DNA of 64,000 nt from the NCBI RefSeq assembly GCF_009914755.1, contig NC_060948.1. One strand, given 5' to 3'. Under the pieces are notes generated by a model. That model worked only from the letters and a program-made list of their open reading frames with translations, was not told where the DNA came from and searched no databases. The position numbers were made by a program, and so were the translations under genes. The stretch is from the human T2T-CHM13v2.0 reference genome, Homo sapiens. The stretch's first letter is position 1, and every line of letters begins with the position of its first letter. Below, one piece after another: positions 23,337 through 42,693 of this stretch.

Positions 23337-25464
23337 AGATCCATATTTTTTAAATGAAAAAAAATTTGAAAGGTACTCTGCTTGGTACAATAATCAAATG
23401 TATAAACTGAGGAATAAAACATAACCATGAAACCTACTTATAACTGCATATGGAAAATACAGAGGATAATTTTTTAAATAACATATTTTGAAAGCCTTAA
23501 CTAGTAATTTGAAGAGTTGGCATTTGAAAGGACAGTATGAATATACCTTCAAAGCAGCAACACATGTTCCCCATGAGAAAAAGCAAACTCAGGGAAAATA
23601 AAACCACAAAGGTTCAATCTCTTCTGACCTTTGAAAGACACAGCACAGACAGTGGTCCTTAGGACGAAGAGCAGGAGACCCCTAATTCCGTCACCATGGC
23701 GATAGGGCATAAACATTGCTGGGTGAGGGCACAATCCACATTGTGAGGTCCAACTGCTGCCAGGAAGACAGGAGTGCTTTTACATAGACCGAAAGGTCAT
23801 TGAAGGCTCAGAGTTTTGTTTCAAGAACTGAATCCCAAGCCCACACGTTATTAGGCTGCGCTTCTTAAAACAAGCTATGAGATGGGAAAAAGGGCACCCA
23901 CAAACATACGTATACATTATGTATATAATAATATACAGTATCATATATATAATATATATAACCTATGTATAATATTGTTTTACATCCTGCATCTTATACT
24001 ATATATATTGTATAAAATATAATAATTGATAATATATAAGTTTTATATTTATACTATATGACATATATTATATATTATAATTTATGATATATATATTATA
24101 TGTTATATATCATATATAGAATATATTATACGGTTAATATACGTATTAAATATAAATTATATATTATATACATTATATATAATATATCTGTTATATATAA
24201 TACCCATTATGCATAATATATATATTATGTCTATGTTATATATAGTATAAACCAACATATAATAATATATAATTGTATATATAAAAGGTGACATATAATA
24301 TATATTATATTTTATGACATATGAAATATATATTATATATTATATATAATACGTTGTATGTATAATACCTATATTAAATATATATGATATGACTATGTTA
24401 TTAATTACATGTCACATGTGTTATATATTATATATTTTACATACAATATACCGGTTACATACAATATATACTATCTTACCTACAATGTATAATTTATTAC
24501 ATGTAAAATAAAGAATGCAGTATATTATGTATAATTTATAATATACAATATGTGGAATGTGATATATATAACATATAATATATGATATATGATATACAGT
24601 ATATGATATATAACATACAATATATGATACCTAATATATATGGTATACAATATATATTTTATGATATATATTCTATATGTTTTTTATTCTGTTATATATA
24701 ACTATTTGAAATTATATATAACTGTATAATATTTTATGTAAATATGTAATATAATATATATAACTATATAATATATTATATATAACTTTATATTATGTTA
24801 TATATACTTTTATAACATAATTTACATAAAATATCATAATATAATATATATTATATTATTTCTTATTACATAATATATATTACATATCACCCAATATAAG
24901 TAACATACATAATATTATAATATAGATTATATTATGTTATATTAAATATCATATATATCATGTATCATATATTCTATAATATATATTACACATTATATAA
25001 TATGTATGTTGTCTATTATGTGATATATATAACTATATATATAATTATATTATTATACATATAACTAGATAAACGTGTAATTCTACATATTTTCATTTAT
25101 AATATATAGAATTATGTAATCATATATAATTATTTATATTCTATAAAAAATTATATCATTATATAAATTATAATATATAAAAATTAAAATATGTACTTAA
25201 AACTGATATATTATATATCATATATGATATAGTACCTTTGTTATATATCATAATACATATAAATGTGTATTATGTTATCTATAATTATATAATTTCGTAT
25301 ATAAGATGTATAATATGTATTATATATTTTATATGTTATGTAATATATATAGTATATATAAGATGACACAGGATAAATATTATATACTATGACATATAAA
25401 ATATAAGAGGTTATTTGTTACATATGAGTCATACCACATAAGATGTAATATATATCATATATAA

Positions 25465-25756
<292 letters not shown>

Positions 25757-27861
25757 AGATCCATATTTTTTAAATGAAAAAAAATTTCAAAGGTACTCTG
25801 CTTGGTACAATAATCAAATGTATAAACTGAGGAATAAAACATAACCATGAAACCTACTTATAACTGCATATGGAAAATACAGAGGATAATTTTTTAAATA
25901 ACATATTTTGAAAGCCTTAACTAGTAATTTGAAGAGTTGGCATTTGAAAGGCCAGTATGAATATACCTTCAAAGCAGCAACACAGGTTCCCCATGAGAAA
26001 AAGCAAACTCAGGGAAAATAAAACCACAAAGGTTCAATCTCTTCTGACCTTTGAAAGACACAGCACAGACAGTGGTCCTTAGGACGAAGAGCAGGAGACC
26101 CCTAATTCCGTCACCATGGCGATAGGGCATAAACATTGCTGGGTGAGGGCACAATCCACATTGTGAGGTCCAACTGCTGCCAGGAAGACAGGAGTGCTTT
26201 TACATAGACCGAAAGGTCATTGAAGGCTCAGAGTTTTGTTTCAAGGACTGAATCCCAAGCCCACACGTTATTAGGCTGCGCTTCTTAAAACAACTTATGA
26301 GATGGGAAAAAGGGCACCCACAAACATACGTATACATTATGTATATAATAATATACAGTATCATATATATAATATATATAACCTATGTATAATATTGTTT
26401 TACATCCTGCATCTTATACTATATATATTGTATAAAATATAATAATTGATAATATATAAGTTTTATATTTATACAATATGACATATATTATATATTATAA
26501 TTTATGACATATATATTATAAGTTATATATCATATATAGAATATATTATACGGTTAATATACGTATTAAATATAAATTATACATTATATATATTATATAT
26601 AATATATCTGTTATATATAATACCCCTTATGCATAATATATATATTATGTCTATGTTATATATAGTATAAAACAACACATAATAATATATAATTGTATAT
26701 ATAAAATGCGACATATAATATATATTATATTTTATGACATATGTAATATATATTATATATTATATATAATACGTTGTATGTATAATTCCTATATTAAATA
26801 TATATTATATGACTATGTTATTAATTACATGTCACATATGTTATATATTATATATTTTACATAGAATATACCGGTTACATACAATATATACTATGTTACC
26901 TATAATGTATAATTTATTACATGTAAAATAAAGATTGCAATATATTATGTATAATTTATAATATACAATATGTGGAATGTGATATATATAACATATAATA
27001 TATGATATATGATATACAGTATATGATATATAACATGCAATGTATGATACCTAATATATATGGTATACAATATATATTTTATGATATATATTCTATATGT
27101 TTTATATTCTGTTATATATAACTATTTGAAATTATATATAACTGTATAATATTTTATGTAAATATGTAATATAATATATATAACTATATAATATATTATA
27201 TATAACTATATATTATGTTATATATACTTTTATAACATAATTTACATAAAATATCATAATATAATATATATTATATTATTTCATATTACATTATATATAT
27301 TACATATCACCCAATATAAGTAACATACATAATATTATAATATAGATTTTATTATGTTATATTAAATATCATATATATCATGTATCATATATTCTATAAT
27401 ATATATTACACATTATATAATATGTATGTTGTCTATTATGTGATATATATAACTATGTATATAATTATATTATTATACATATAACTAGATAAACATGTAA
27501 TTCTACATATTTTCATTTATAATATATAGAATTATATAATCATATATAATTATTTATATTCTATAAAAAATTATATCATTATATAAATTATAATATATAA
27601 AAATTATAATATGTACTACAAATATATATATTATATATCATATATGATATAGTACCTTTGTTATTTATCATAATACATATAAATGTGTATTATGTTATCT
27701 ATAATTATATAATTTCATATATAAGATGTATAATATGTATCATATATTATATGTGTTATGTAATATATATAGTATATATAAGCTGACACAGGATAAATAT
27801 TATATACTATGACATATAAAATATATGAGGTTATATGTTACATATAAGGCATAGCACATAA

Positions 27862-28176
<315 letters not shown>

Positions 28177-30304
28177 AGATCAATATTTTTTAAATGAAAA
28201 AAAATTTCAAAGTTACTCTGCTTGGTACAATAATCAAATGTATAAACTGAGGAATAAAACATAACCATGAAACCTACTTATAACTGCATATGGAAATTAC
28301 AGAGGATAATTTTTTAAATAACATATTTTGAAAGCCTTAACTAGTAATTTGCAGAGTTGGCATTTGAAAGGCCAGTATGAATATACCTTCAAAGCAGCAA
28401 CACAGGTTCCCCATGAGAAAAAGCAAACTCAGGGAAAATAAAACCACAAAGGTTCAATCTCTTCTGACCTTTGAAAGACACAGTACAGACAGTGGTCCTT
28501 AGGACGAAGAGCAGGAGACCCCTAATTCCGTCACCATGGCGATAGGGCATAAACAGTGCTGGGTGAGGGCACAATCCACATTGTGAGGTCCAACTGCTGC
28601 CAGGAAGACAGGAGTGCTTTTACATAGACCGAAAGGTCATTGAAGGCTCAGAGTTTTGTTTCAAGAAGTGAATCCCAAGCCCACACGTAATTAGGCTGCG
28701 CTTCTTAAAACAAGTTATGAGATGGGAAAAAGGGCACCCACAAACATACGTATACATTATGTATATAATAATATACAGTATCATATATATAATATATATA
28801 ACCTATGTATAATATTGTTTTACATCCTGCATCTTCTGTTATATATATTGTATAAAATATAATAATTGATAATATATAAGTTTTATATATATACAATATG
28901 ACATATAGTATATATTATAATTTATAACATATATAATATATGTTATATATCATATATAGAATATATTATACGGTTAATATACGTATTAAATATAAATTAT
29001 ACATTATATATATTATATATAATATATCTGTTATATATAATACCCATTATGCATAATATATATATTATGTCTATGTTATATATAGTATAAAACAACATAT
29101 AATAATATATAATTGTATATATAAAATGCGACATATAATATATATTATATTTTATGACATATGTAATATATATTATATATTATATATAATACGTTGTATG
29201 TATAATTCCTATATTAAATATATATTATATGACTATGTTATTAATTACATGTCACATATGTTATATATTATATATTTTACATAGAATATACCGGTTACAT
29301 ACAATATATACTATGTTACCTATAATGTATTGTTTATTACATGTAAAATAAAGATTGCAATATATTATGTATAATTTATAATATACAATATGTGGAATGT
29401 GACATATATAACATATAATATATGATATATGATATACAGTATATGATATATAACATACAATATATGATACCTAATATATATGGTATACAATATATATTTT
29501 ATGATATGTATTCTATATGTTTTATATTCTGTTATATATAACTATTTGAAATTATATATAACTGTATAATATTTTATGTAAATATGTAATATAATATATA
29601 TAACTATATAATATATTATATATAACTATATATTATGTTATATATACTTTTATAACATAATTTACATAAAATATCATAATATAATATATATTATATTATT
29701 TCACATTACATAATATATATTACATATCACCCAATATAAGTAACATACATAATATTATAATATAGATTATATTATGTTATATTAAATATCATATATATCA
29801 TGTATCATATATTCTATAATATATATTATACATTATATAATATGTATGTTGTCCATTATGTGATATATATAACTATATATATAATTATATTATTATACAT
29901 ATAACTAGATAAACATGTAATTCTACATATTTTCATTTATAATATATAGAATTATATAATCATATATAATTATTTATATTCTATAAAAAATTATATCATT
30001 ATATAAATTATAATATATAAAAATTATAAGATGTACTACAAATATATATATTATATATCATATATGATATAGTACCTTTGTTATATATCATAATACATAT
30101 TAATGTGTATTATGTTATCTATAATTTTATAATTTCATATATAAGATGTATAATATGTATTATATATTGTATATGTTACGTAATATATATAGTATATATA
30201 AGCTGACACAGGATAAATATTATATACTATGACATATAAAATATATGAGGTTATATGTTACATATAAGGCATAGCACATAACATGTAATATATATCATCT
30301 ATAA

Positions 30305-30596
<292 letters not shown>

Positions 30597-32701
30597 AGAT
30601 CCATATTTTTTAAATGAAAAAAAATTTCAAAGGTACTCTGCTTGGTACAATAATCAAATGTATAAACTGAGGAATAAAACATAACCATGAAACCTACTTA
30701 TAACTGCATATGGAAAATACAGAGGATAATTTTTTAAATAACATATTTTGAAAGCCTTAACTAGTAATTTGAAGAGTTGGCATTTGAAAGGCCAGTATGA
30801 ATATACCTTCAAAGCAGCAACACAGGTTTCCCATGAGAAAAAGCAAACTCAGGGAAAATAAAACCACAAAGGTTCAATCTCTTCTGACCTTTGAAAGACA
30901 CAGCACAGACAGTGGTCCTTAGGACGAAGAGCAGGAGACCCCTAATTCCGTCACCATGGCGATAGGGCATAAACATTGCTGGGTGAGGGCACAATCCACA
31001 TTGTGAGGTCCAACTGCTGCCAGGAAGACAGGAGTGCTTTTACATAGACCGAAAGGTCATTGAAGGCTCAGAGTTTTGTTTCAAGAACTGAATCCCAAGC
31101 CCACACGTTATTAGGCTGCGCTTCTTAAAACAAGTTATGAGATGGGAAAAAGGGCACCCACAAACATACGTATACATTATGTATATAATAATATACAGTA
31201 TCATATATATAATATATATAACCTATGTATAATATTGTTTTACATCCTGCATCTTATAATATATATATTGTATAAAATATAATAATTGATAATATATATG
31301 TTTTATATTTATACAATATGACATATAGTATATATTATAATTTATGACATATATAATATATGTTATATATCATATATAGAATATATTATACGGTTAATAT
31401 ACGTATTAAATATAAATTATACATTATATATATTATATATAATATATCTGTTATATATAATACCCATTATGCATAATATATATATTATGTCTATGTTATA
31501 TATAGTATAAAACAACATATAATAATATATAATTGTATATATAAAATGCGACATATAATATATATTATATTTTATGACATATGTAATATATATTATATAT
31601 TATATATAATACGTTGTATGTATAATACCTATATTAAATATATATTATATGACTATGTTATTAATTACATGTCACATATGTTATATATTATATATTTTAC
31701 ATAGAATATTCCGGTTACATACAATATATACTATGTTACCTATAATGTATAATTGATTACATGTAAAATAAAGAATGCAATATATTTTGTATAATTTATA
31801 ATATACAATATGTGGAATGTGATACATATAACATATAATATATGATATATGATATACAGTATATGATATATAACATACAATATATGATACCTAATATATA
31901 TGGTATACAATATATATTTTATGTTATGTATTCTATATGTTTTATATTCTGTTATATATAACTATTTGAAATTATATATAACTGTATAATATTTTATGTA
32001 AATATGTAATATAATATATATAACTATAAAATATATTATATATAACTATATATTATGTTATATATACTTTTATAACATAATTTACATAAAATATCATAAT
32101 ATAATATATATTATATTATTTCACATTACATAATATATATTACATATCACCCAATATAAGTAACATACATAATATTATAATATAGATTATATTATGTTAT
32201 ATTAAATATCATATATATCATGTATCATATATTCTATAATATATATTATACATTATATAATATGTATGTTGTCCATTATGTGATATATATAACTATATAT
32301 ATAATTATATTATTATACATATAACTAGATAAACATGTAATTCTACATATTTTCATTTATAATATATAGAATTATATAATCATATATAATTATTTATATT
32401 CTATAAAAAATTATATCATTATATAAATTATAATATATAAAAATTATAAGATGTACTACAAATATATATATTATATATCATATATGATATAGTACCTTTG
32501 TTATATATCATAATACATATAAATGTGTATTATGTTATCTAAAATTTTATAATTTCATATATAAGATGTATAATATGTATTATATATTGTATATGTTACG
32601 TAATATATATAGTATATATAAGCTGACACAGGATAAATATTATATACTATGACATATAAAATATATGAGGTTATATGTTACATATAAGGCATAGCACATA
32701 A

Positions 32702-33016
<315 letters not shown>

Positions 33017-35144
33017 AGATCCATATTTTTTAAATGAAAAAAAATTTCAAAGGTACTCTGCTTAGTACAATAATCAAATATATAAACTGAGGAACAAAAC
33101 ATAACCATGAAACCTACTTATAACTGCATATGGAAAATACAGAGCATAACTTTTTAAATAACATATTTTGAAAGGCTTAACTAGTAATTTGAAGAGTTGG
33201 CATTTGAAAGGCCAGTATGAATATACCTTCAAAGCAGCAACACAGGTTCCCCATGAGAAAAAGCAAACTCAGGGAAAATAAAACCACAAAGGTTCAATCT
33301 CTTCTGACCTTTGAAAGACACAGCACAGACAGTGGTCCTTAGGACGAAGAGCAGGAGACCCCTAATTCCGTCACCATGGCGATAGGGCATAAACATTGCT
33401 GGGTGAGGGCACAATCCACATTGTGAGGTCCAACTGCTGCCAGGAAGACAGGAGTGCTTTTACATAGACCGAAAGGTCATTGAAGGCTCAGAGTTTTGTT
33501 TCAAGAACTGAATCCCAAACCCACACCTTATTAGGCTGCGCTTCTTAAAACAAGTTATGAGATGGGAAAAAGGGCACCCACAAACATACGTATACATTAT
33601 GTATATAATAATATACAGTATCATATATATAATATATATAACCTATGTATAATATTGTTTTACATCCTGCATCTTATATTATATATATTGTATAAAATAT
33701 AATAATTGATAATATATAAGTTTTATATTTATACAATAAGACATATAGTATATATTATAATTTATGACATATACAATATATGTTATATATCATATATAGA
33801 ATATATTATATGGTTAATATACGTATTAAATATAAATTATACATTATATATATTATATATAATATATCTGTTATATATAATACCCATTATGCATAATATA
33901 TATATTATGTCTATGTTATATATAGTATAAAACAACATATAATAATATATAATTGTATATAGAAAACGCGACATATAATATATATTATATTTTATGACAT
34001 ATGTAATATATATTATATATTATATAAAATACGTTGTATGTATAATACCTATATTAAATATATATTATATGACTATGTTATTAATTACATGTCACATATG
34101 TTATATATTATATATTTTACATAGAATATACCGGTTACATACAATATATACTATGTTACCTATAATGTATAATTGATTACATGTAAAATAAAGAATGCAA
34201 TATATTATGTATAATTTATAATATACAATATGTGGAATGTGATACATATAACATATAATATATGATATATGATATACAGTATATGATATATAACATACAA
34301 TATATGATACCTAATATATATGGTATACAATATATATTTTATGTTATGTATTCTATATGTTTTATATTCTGTTATATATAACTATTTGAAATTATATATA
34401 ACTGTATAATATTTTATGTAAATATGTAATATAATATATATAACTATAAAATATATTATATATAACTATATATTATGTTATATATACTTTTATAACATAA
34501 TTTACATGAAATATCATAATATAAAATATATCATATTATTTCACATTACATAATATATATTACATATCACCCAATATAAGTAACATACATAATATTATAA
34601 TATAGATTATATTATGTTATATTAAATATCATATATATCATGTATCATATATTCTATAATATATATTATACATTATATAATATGTATGTTGTCCATTATG
34701 TGATATATATAACTATATATATAATTATATTATTATACATATAACTAGATAAACATGTAATTCTACATATTTTCATTTATAATATATAGAATTATATAAT
34801 CATATATAATTATTTATATTCTATAAAAAATTATATCATTATATAAATTATAATATATAAAAATTATAAGATGTACTACAAATATATATATTATATATCA
34901 TATATGATATAGTACCTTTGTTATACATCATAATACATATAAATGTGTATTATGTTATCTATAATTTTATAATTTCATATATAAGATGTATAATATGTAT
35001 TATATATTGTATATGTTACGTAATATATATAGTATATATAAGCTGACACAGGATAAATATTATATACTATGACATATAAAATATATGAGGTTATATGTTA
35101 CATATAAGGCATAGCACATAACATGTAATATATATCATCTTTAA

Positions 35145-35436
35145 TTTTTTTTTAGACAGAGTCTTGACGTGTTGCACAGGGTGGAGTACAATGGCGCCAT
35201 CTTTGCTCACTGCAACATCGGCCTCACGGGTCCAAGCGACTGTCCTCCCTCAGCCTCCCAGGTACCTGGGACTACACCACACTGGGACTACAGCAGCTGC
35301 CACCATGCCTAGCTAATTTTTTGGATTTTTAGTAGTGACAGCGTTTCACTGTATTGGCCAGGATGGTCTTGATCTCTTCACCTTGTGATCCCCTTGACTT
35401 GGCCTCCAAATTTGCTGGGATTACAGGCCTGAGCCA
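35145..35436 (-). mobile_element. Alu subunit U15 (type A)
   Basis: Alu landmarks plus type A markers. Confidence 0.93.
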
Positions 35437-37538
35437 AGATCCATATTTTTTAAATGAAAAAAAATTTCAAAGGTACTCTGCTTGGTACAATAATCAAATG
35501 TATAAACTGAGGAATAAAACATAACCATGAAACCTACTTATAACTGCATATGGAAAATACAGAGGATAATTTTTTAAATAACATATTTTGAAAGCCTTAA
35601 CTAGTAATTTGAAGAGTTGGCATTTGAAAGGCCAGTATGAATATACCTTCAAAGCAGCAACACAGGTTTCCCATGAGAAAAAGCAAACTCAGGGAAAATA
35701 AAACCACAAAGGTTCAATCTCTTCTGACCTTTGAAAGACACAGCACAGACAGTGGTCCTTAGGACGAAGAGCAGGAGACCCCTAATTCCGTCACCATGGC
35801 GATAGGGCATAAACATTGCTGGGTGAGGGCACAATCCACATTGTGAGGTCCAACTGCTGCCAGGAAGACAGGAGTGCTTTTACATAGACCGAAAGGTCAT
35901 TGAAGGCTCAGAGTTTTGTTTCAAGAACTGAATCCCAAGCCCACACGTTATTAGGCTGCGCTTCTTAAAACAAGTTATGAGATGGGAAAAAGGGCACCCA
36001 CAAACATACGTATACATTATGTATATAATAATATACAGTATCATATATATAATATATATAACCTATGTATAATATTGTTTTACATCCTGCATCTTATAAT
36101 ATATATATTGTATAAAATATAATAATTGATAATATATATGTTTTATATTTATACAATATGACATATAGTATATATTATAATTTATGACATATATAATATA
36201 TGTTATATATCATATATAGAATATATTATACGGTTAATATACGTATTAAATATAAATTATACATTATATATATTATATATAATATATCTGTTATATATAA
36301 TACCCATTATGCATAATATATATATTATGTCTATGTTATATATAGTATAAAACAACATATAATAATATATAATTGTATATATAAAATGCGACATATAATA
36401 TATATTATATTTTATGACATATGTAATATATATTATATATTATATATAATACGTTGTATGTATAATACCTATATTAAATATATATTATATGACTATGTTA
36501 TTAATTACATGTCACATATGTTATATATTATATATTTTACATAGAATATACCGGTTACATACAATATATACTATGTTACCTATAATGTATAATTGATTAC
36601 ATGTAAAATAAAGAATGCAATATATTATGTATAATTTATAATATACAATATGTGGAATGTGATACATATAACATATAATATATGATATATGATATACAGT
36701 ATATGATATATAACATACAATATATGATACCTAATATATATGGTATACAATATATATTTTATGTTATGTATTCTATATGTTTTATATTCTGTTATATATA
36801 ACTATTTGAAATTATATATAACTGTATAATATTTTATGTAAATATGTAATATAATATATATAACTATAAAATATATTATATATAACTATATATTATGTTA
36901 TATATACTTTTATAACATAATTTACATAAAATATCATAATATAATATATATTATATTATTTCACATTACATAATATATATTACATATCACCCAATATAAG
37001 TAACATACATATTATAATATAGATTATATTATGTTATATTAAATATCATATATATCATGTATCATATATTCTATAATATATATTATACATTATATAATAT
37101 GTATGTTGTCCATTATGTGATATATATAACTATATATATAATTATATTATTATACATATAACTAGATAAACATGTAATTCTACATATTTTCATTTATAAT
37201 ATATAGAATTATATAATCATATATAATTATTTATATTCTATAAAAAATTATATCATTATATAAATTATAATATATAAAAATTATAAGATGTACTACAAAT
37301 ATATATATTATATATCATATATGATATAGTACCTTTGTTATATATCATAATACATATAAATGTGTATTATGTTATCTATAATTTTATAATTTCATATATA
37401 AGATGTATAATATGTATTATATATTGTATATGTTACGTAATATATATAGTATATATAAGCTGACACAGGATAAATATTATATACTATGACATATAAAATA
37501 TATGAGGTTATATGTTACATATAAGGCATAGCACATAA

Positions 37539-37853
<315 letters not shown>

Positions 37854-39958
37854 AGATCCATATTTTTTAAATGAAAAAAAATTTCAAAGGTACTCTGCTT
37901 AGTACAATAATCAAATATATAAACTGAGGAACAAAACATAACCATGAAACCTACTTATAACTGCATATGGAAAATACAGAGCATAACTTTTTAAATAACA
38001 TATTTTGAAAGGCTTAACTAGTAATTTGAAGAGTTGGCATTTGAAAGGCCAGTATGAATATACCTTCAAAGCAGCAACACAGGTTCCCCATGAGAAAAAG
38101 CAAACTCAGGGAAAATAAAACCACAAAGGTTCAATCTCTTCTGACCTTTGAAAGACACAGCACAGACAGTGGTCCTTAGGACGAAGAGCAGGAGACCCCT
38201 AATTCCGTCACCATGGCGATAGGGCATAAACATTGCTGGGTGAGGGCACAATCCACATTGTGAGGTCCAACTGCTGCCAGGAAGACAGGAGTGCTTTTAC
38301 ATAGACCGAAAGGTCATTGAAGGCTCAGAGTTTTGTTTCAAGAACTGAATCCCAAACCCACACGTTATTAGGCTGCGCTTCTTAAAACAAGTTATGAGAT
38401 GGGAAAAAGGGCACCCACAAACATACGTATACATTATGTATATAATAATATACAGTATCATATATATAATATATATAACCTATGTATAATATTGTTTTAC
38501 ATCCTGCATCTTATATTATATATATTGTATAAAATATAATAATTGATAATATATAAGTTTTATATTTATACAATAAGACATATAGTATATATTATAATTT
38601 ATGACATATACAATATATGTTATATATCATATATAGAATATATTATATGGTTAATATACGTATTAAATATAAATTATACATTATATATATTATATATAAT
38701 ATATCTGTTATATATAATACCCATTATGCATAATATATATATTATGTCTATGTTATATATAGTATAAAACAACATATAATAATATATAATTGTATATAGA
38801 AAACGCGACATATAATATATATTATATTTTATGACATATGTAATATATATTATATATTATATATAATACGTTGTATGTATACTACCTATATTAAATATAT
38901 ATTATATGACTATGTTATTAATTACATGTCACATATGTTATATATTATATATTTTACATAGAATATTCCGGTTACATACAATATATACTATGTTACCTAT
39001 AATGTATAATTGATTACATGTAAAATAAAGAATGCAATATATTATGTATAATTTATAATATACAATATGTGGAATGTGATACATATAACATATAATATAT
39101 GATATATGATATACAGTATATGATATATAACATACAATATATGATACCTAATATATATGGTATACAATATATATTTTATGTTATGTATTCTATATGTTTT
39201 ATATTCTGTTATATATAACTATTTGAAATTATATATAACTGTATAATATTTTATGTAAATATGTAATATAATATATATAACTATAAAATATATTATATAT
39301 AACTATATATTATGTTATATATACTTTTATAACATAATTTACATAAAATATCATAATATAATATATATTATATTATTTCACATTACATAATATATATTAC
39401 ATATCACCCAATATAAGTAACATACATAATATTATAATATAGATTATATTATGTTATATTAAATATCATATATATCATGTATCATATATTCTATAATATA
39501 TATTATACATTATATAATATGTATGTTGTCCATTATGTGATATATATAACTATATATATAATTATATTATTATACATATAACTAGATAAACATGTAATTC
39601 TACATATTTTCATTTATAATATATAGAATTATATAATCATATATAATTATTTATATTCTATAAAAAATTATATCATTATATAAATTATAATATATAAAAA
39701 TTATAAGATGTACTACAAATATATATATTATATATCATATATGATATAGTACCTTTGTTATATATCATAATACATATAAATGTGTATTATGTTATCTATA
39801 ATTTTATAATTTCATATATAAGATGTATAATATGTATTATATATTGTATATGTTACGTAATATATATAGTATATATAAGCTGACACAGGATAAATATTAT
39901 ATACTATGACATATAAAATATATGAGGTTATATGTTACATATAAGGCATAGCACATAA

Positions 39959-40273
<315 letters not shown>

Positions 40274-42378
40274 AGATCCATATTTTTTAAATGAAAAAAA
40301 ATTTCAAAGGTACTCTGCTTAGTACAATAATCAAATATATAAACTGAGGAACAAAACATAACCATGAAACCTACTTATAACTGCATATGGAAAATACAGA
40401 GCATAACTTTTTAAATAACATATTTTGAAAGGCTTAACTAGTAATTTGAAGAGTTGGCATTTGAAAGGCCAGTATGAATATACCTTCAAAGCAGCAACAC
40501 AGGTTCCCCATGAGAAAAAGCAAACTCAGGGAAAATAAAACCACAAAGGTTCAATCTCTTCTGACCTTTGAAAGACACAGCACAGACAGTGGTCCTTAGG
40601 ACGAAGAGCAGGAGACCCCTAATTCCGTCACCATGGCGATAGGGCATAAACATTGCTGGGTGAGGGCACAATCCACATTGTGAGGTCCAACTGCTGCCAG
40701 GAAGACAGGAGTGCTTTTACATAGACCGAAAGGTCATTGAAGGCTCAGAGTTTTGTTTCAAGAACTGAATCCCAAACCCACACGTTATTAGGCTGCGCTT
40801 CTTAAAACAAGTTATGAGATGGGAAAAAGGGCACCCACAAACATACGTATACATTATGTATATAATAATATACAGTATCATATATATAATATATATAACC
40901 TATGTATAATATTGTTTTACATCCTGCATCTTATATTATATATATTGTATAAAATATAATAATTGATAATATATAAGTTTTATATTTATACAATAAGACA
41001 TATAGTATATATTATAATTTATGACATATACAATATATGTTATATATCATATATAGAATATATTATATGGTTAATATACGTATTAAATATAAATTATACA
41101 TTATATATATTATATATAATATATCTGTTATATATAATACCCATTATGCATAATATATATATTATGTCTATGTTATATATAGTATAAAACAACATATAAT
41201 AATATATAATTGTATATAGAAAACGCGACATATAATATATATTATATTTTATGACATATGTAATATATATTATATATTATATATAATACGTTGTATGTAT
41301 ACTACCTATATTAAATATATATTATATGACTATGTTATTAATTACATGTCACATATGTTATATATTATATATTTTACATAGAATATTCCGGTTACATACA
41401 ATATATACTATGTTACCTATAATGTATAATTGATTACATGTAAAATAAAGAATGCAATATATTATGTATAATTTATAATATACAATATGTGGAATGTGAT
41501 ACATATAACATATAATATATGATATATGATATACAGTATATGATATATAACATACAATATATGATACCTAATATATATGGTATACAATATATATTTTATG
41601 TTATGTATTCTATATGTTTTATATTCTGTTATATATAACTATTTGAAATTATATATAACTGTATAATATTTTATGTAAATATGTAATATAATATATATAA
41701 CTATAAAATATATTATATATAACTATATATTATGTTATATATACTTTTATAACATAATTTACATAAAATATCATAATATAATATATATTATATTATTTCA
41801 CATTACATAATATATATTACATATCACCCAATATAAGTAACATACATAATATTATAATATAGATTATATTATGTTATATTAAATATCATATATATCATGT
41901 ATCATATATTCTATAATATATATTATACATTATATAATATGTATGTTGTCCATTATGTGATATATATAACTATATATATAATTATATTATTATACATATA
42001 ACTAGATAAACATGTAATTCTACATATTTTCATTTATAATATATAGAATTATATAATCATATATAATTATTTATATTCTATAAAAAATTATATCATTATA
42101 TAAATTATAATATATAAAAATTATAAGATGTACTACAAATATATATATTATATATCATATATGATATAGTACCTTTGTTATATATCATAATACATATAAA
42201 TGTGTATTATGTTATCTATAATTTTATAATTTCATATATAAGATGTATAATATGTATTATATATTGTATATGTTACGTAATATATATAGTATATATAAGC
42301 TGACACAGGATAAATATTATATACTATGACATATAAAATATATGAGGTTATATGTTACATATAAGGCATAGCACATAA

Positions 42379-42693
<315 letters not shown>
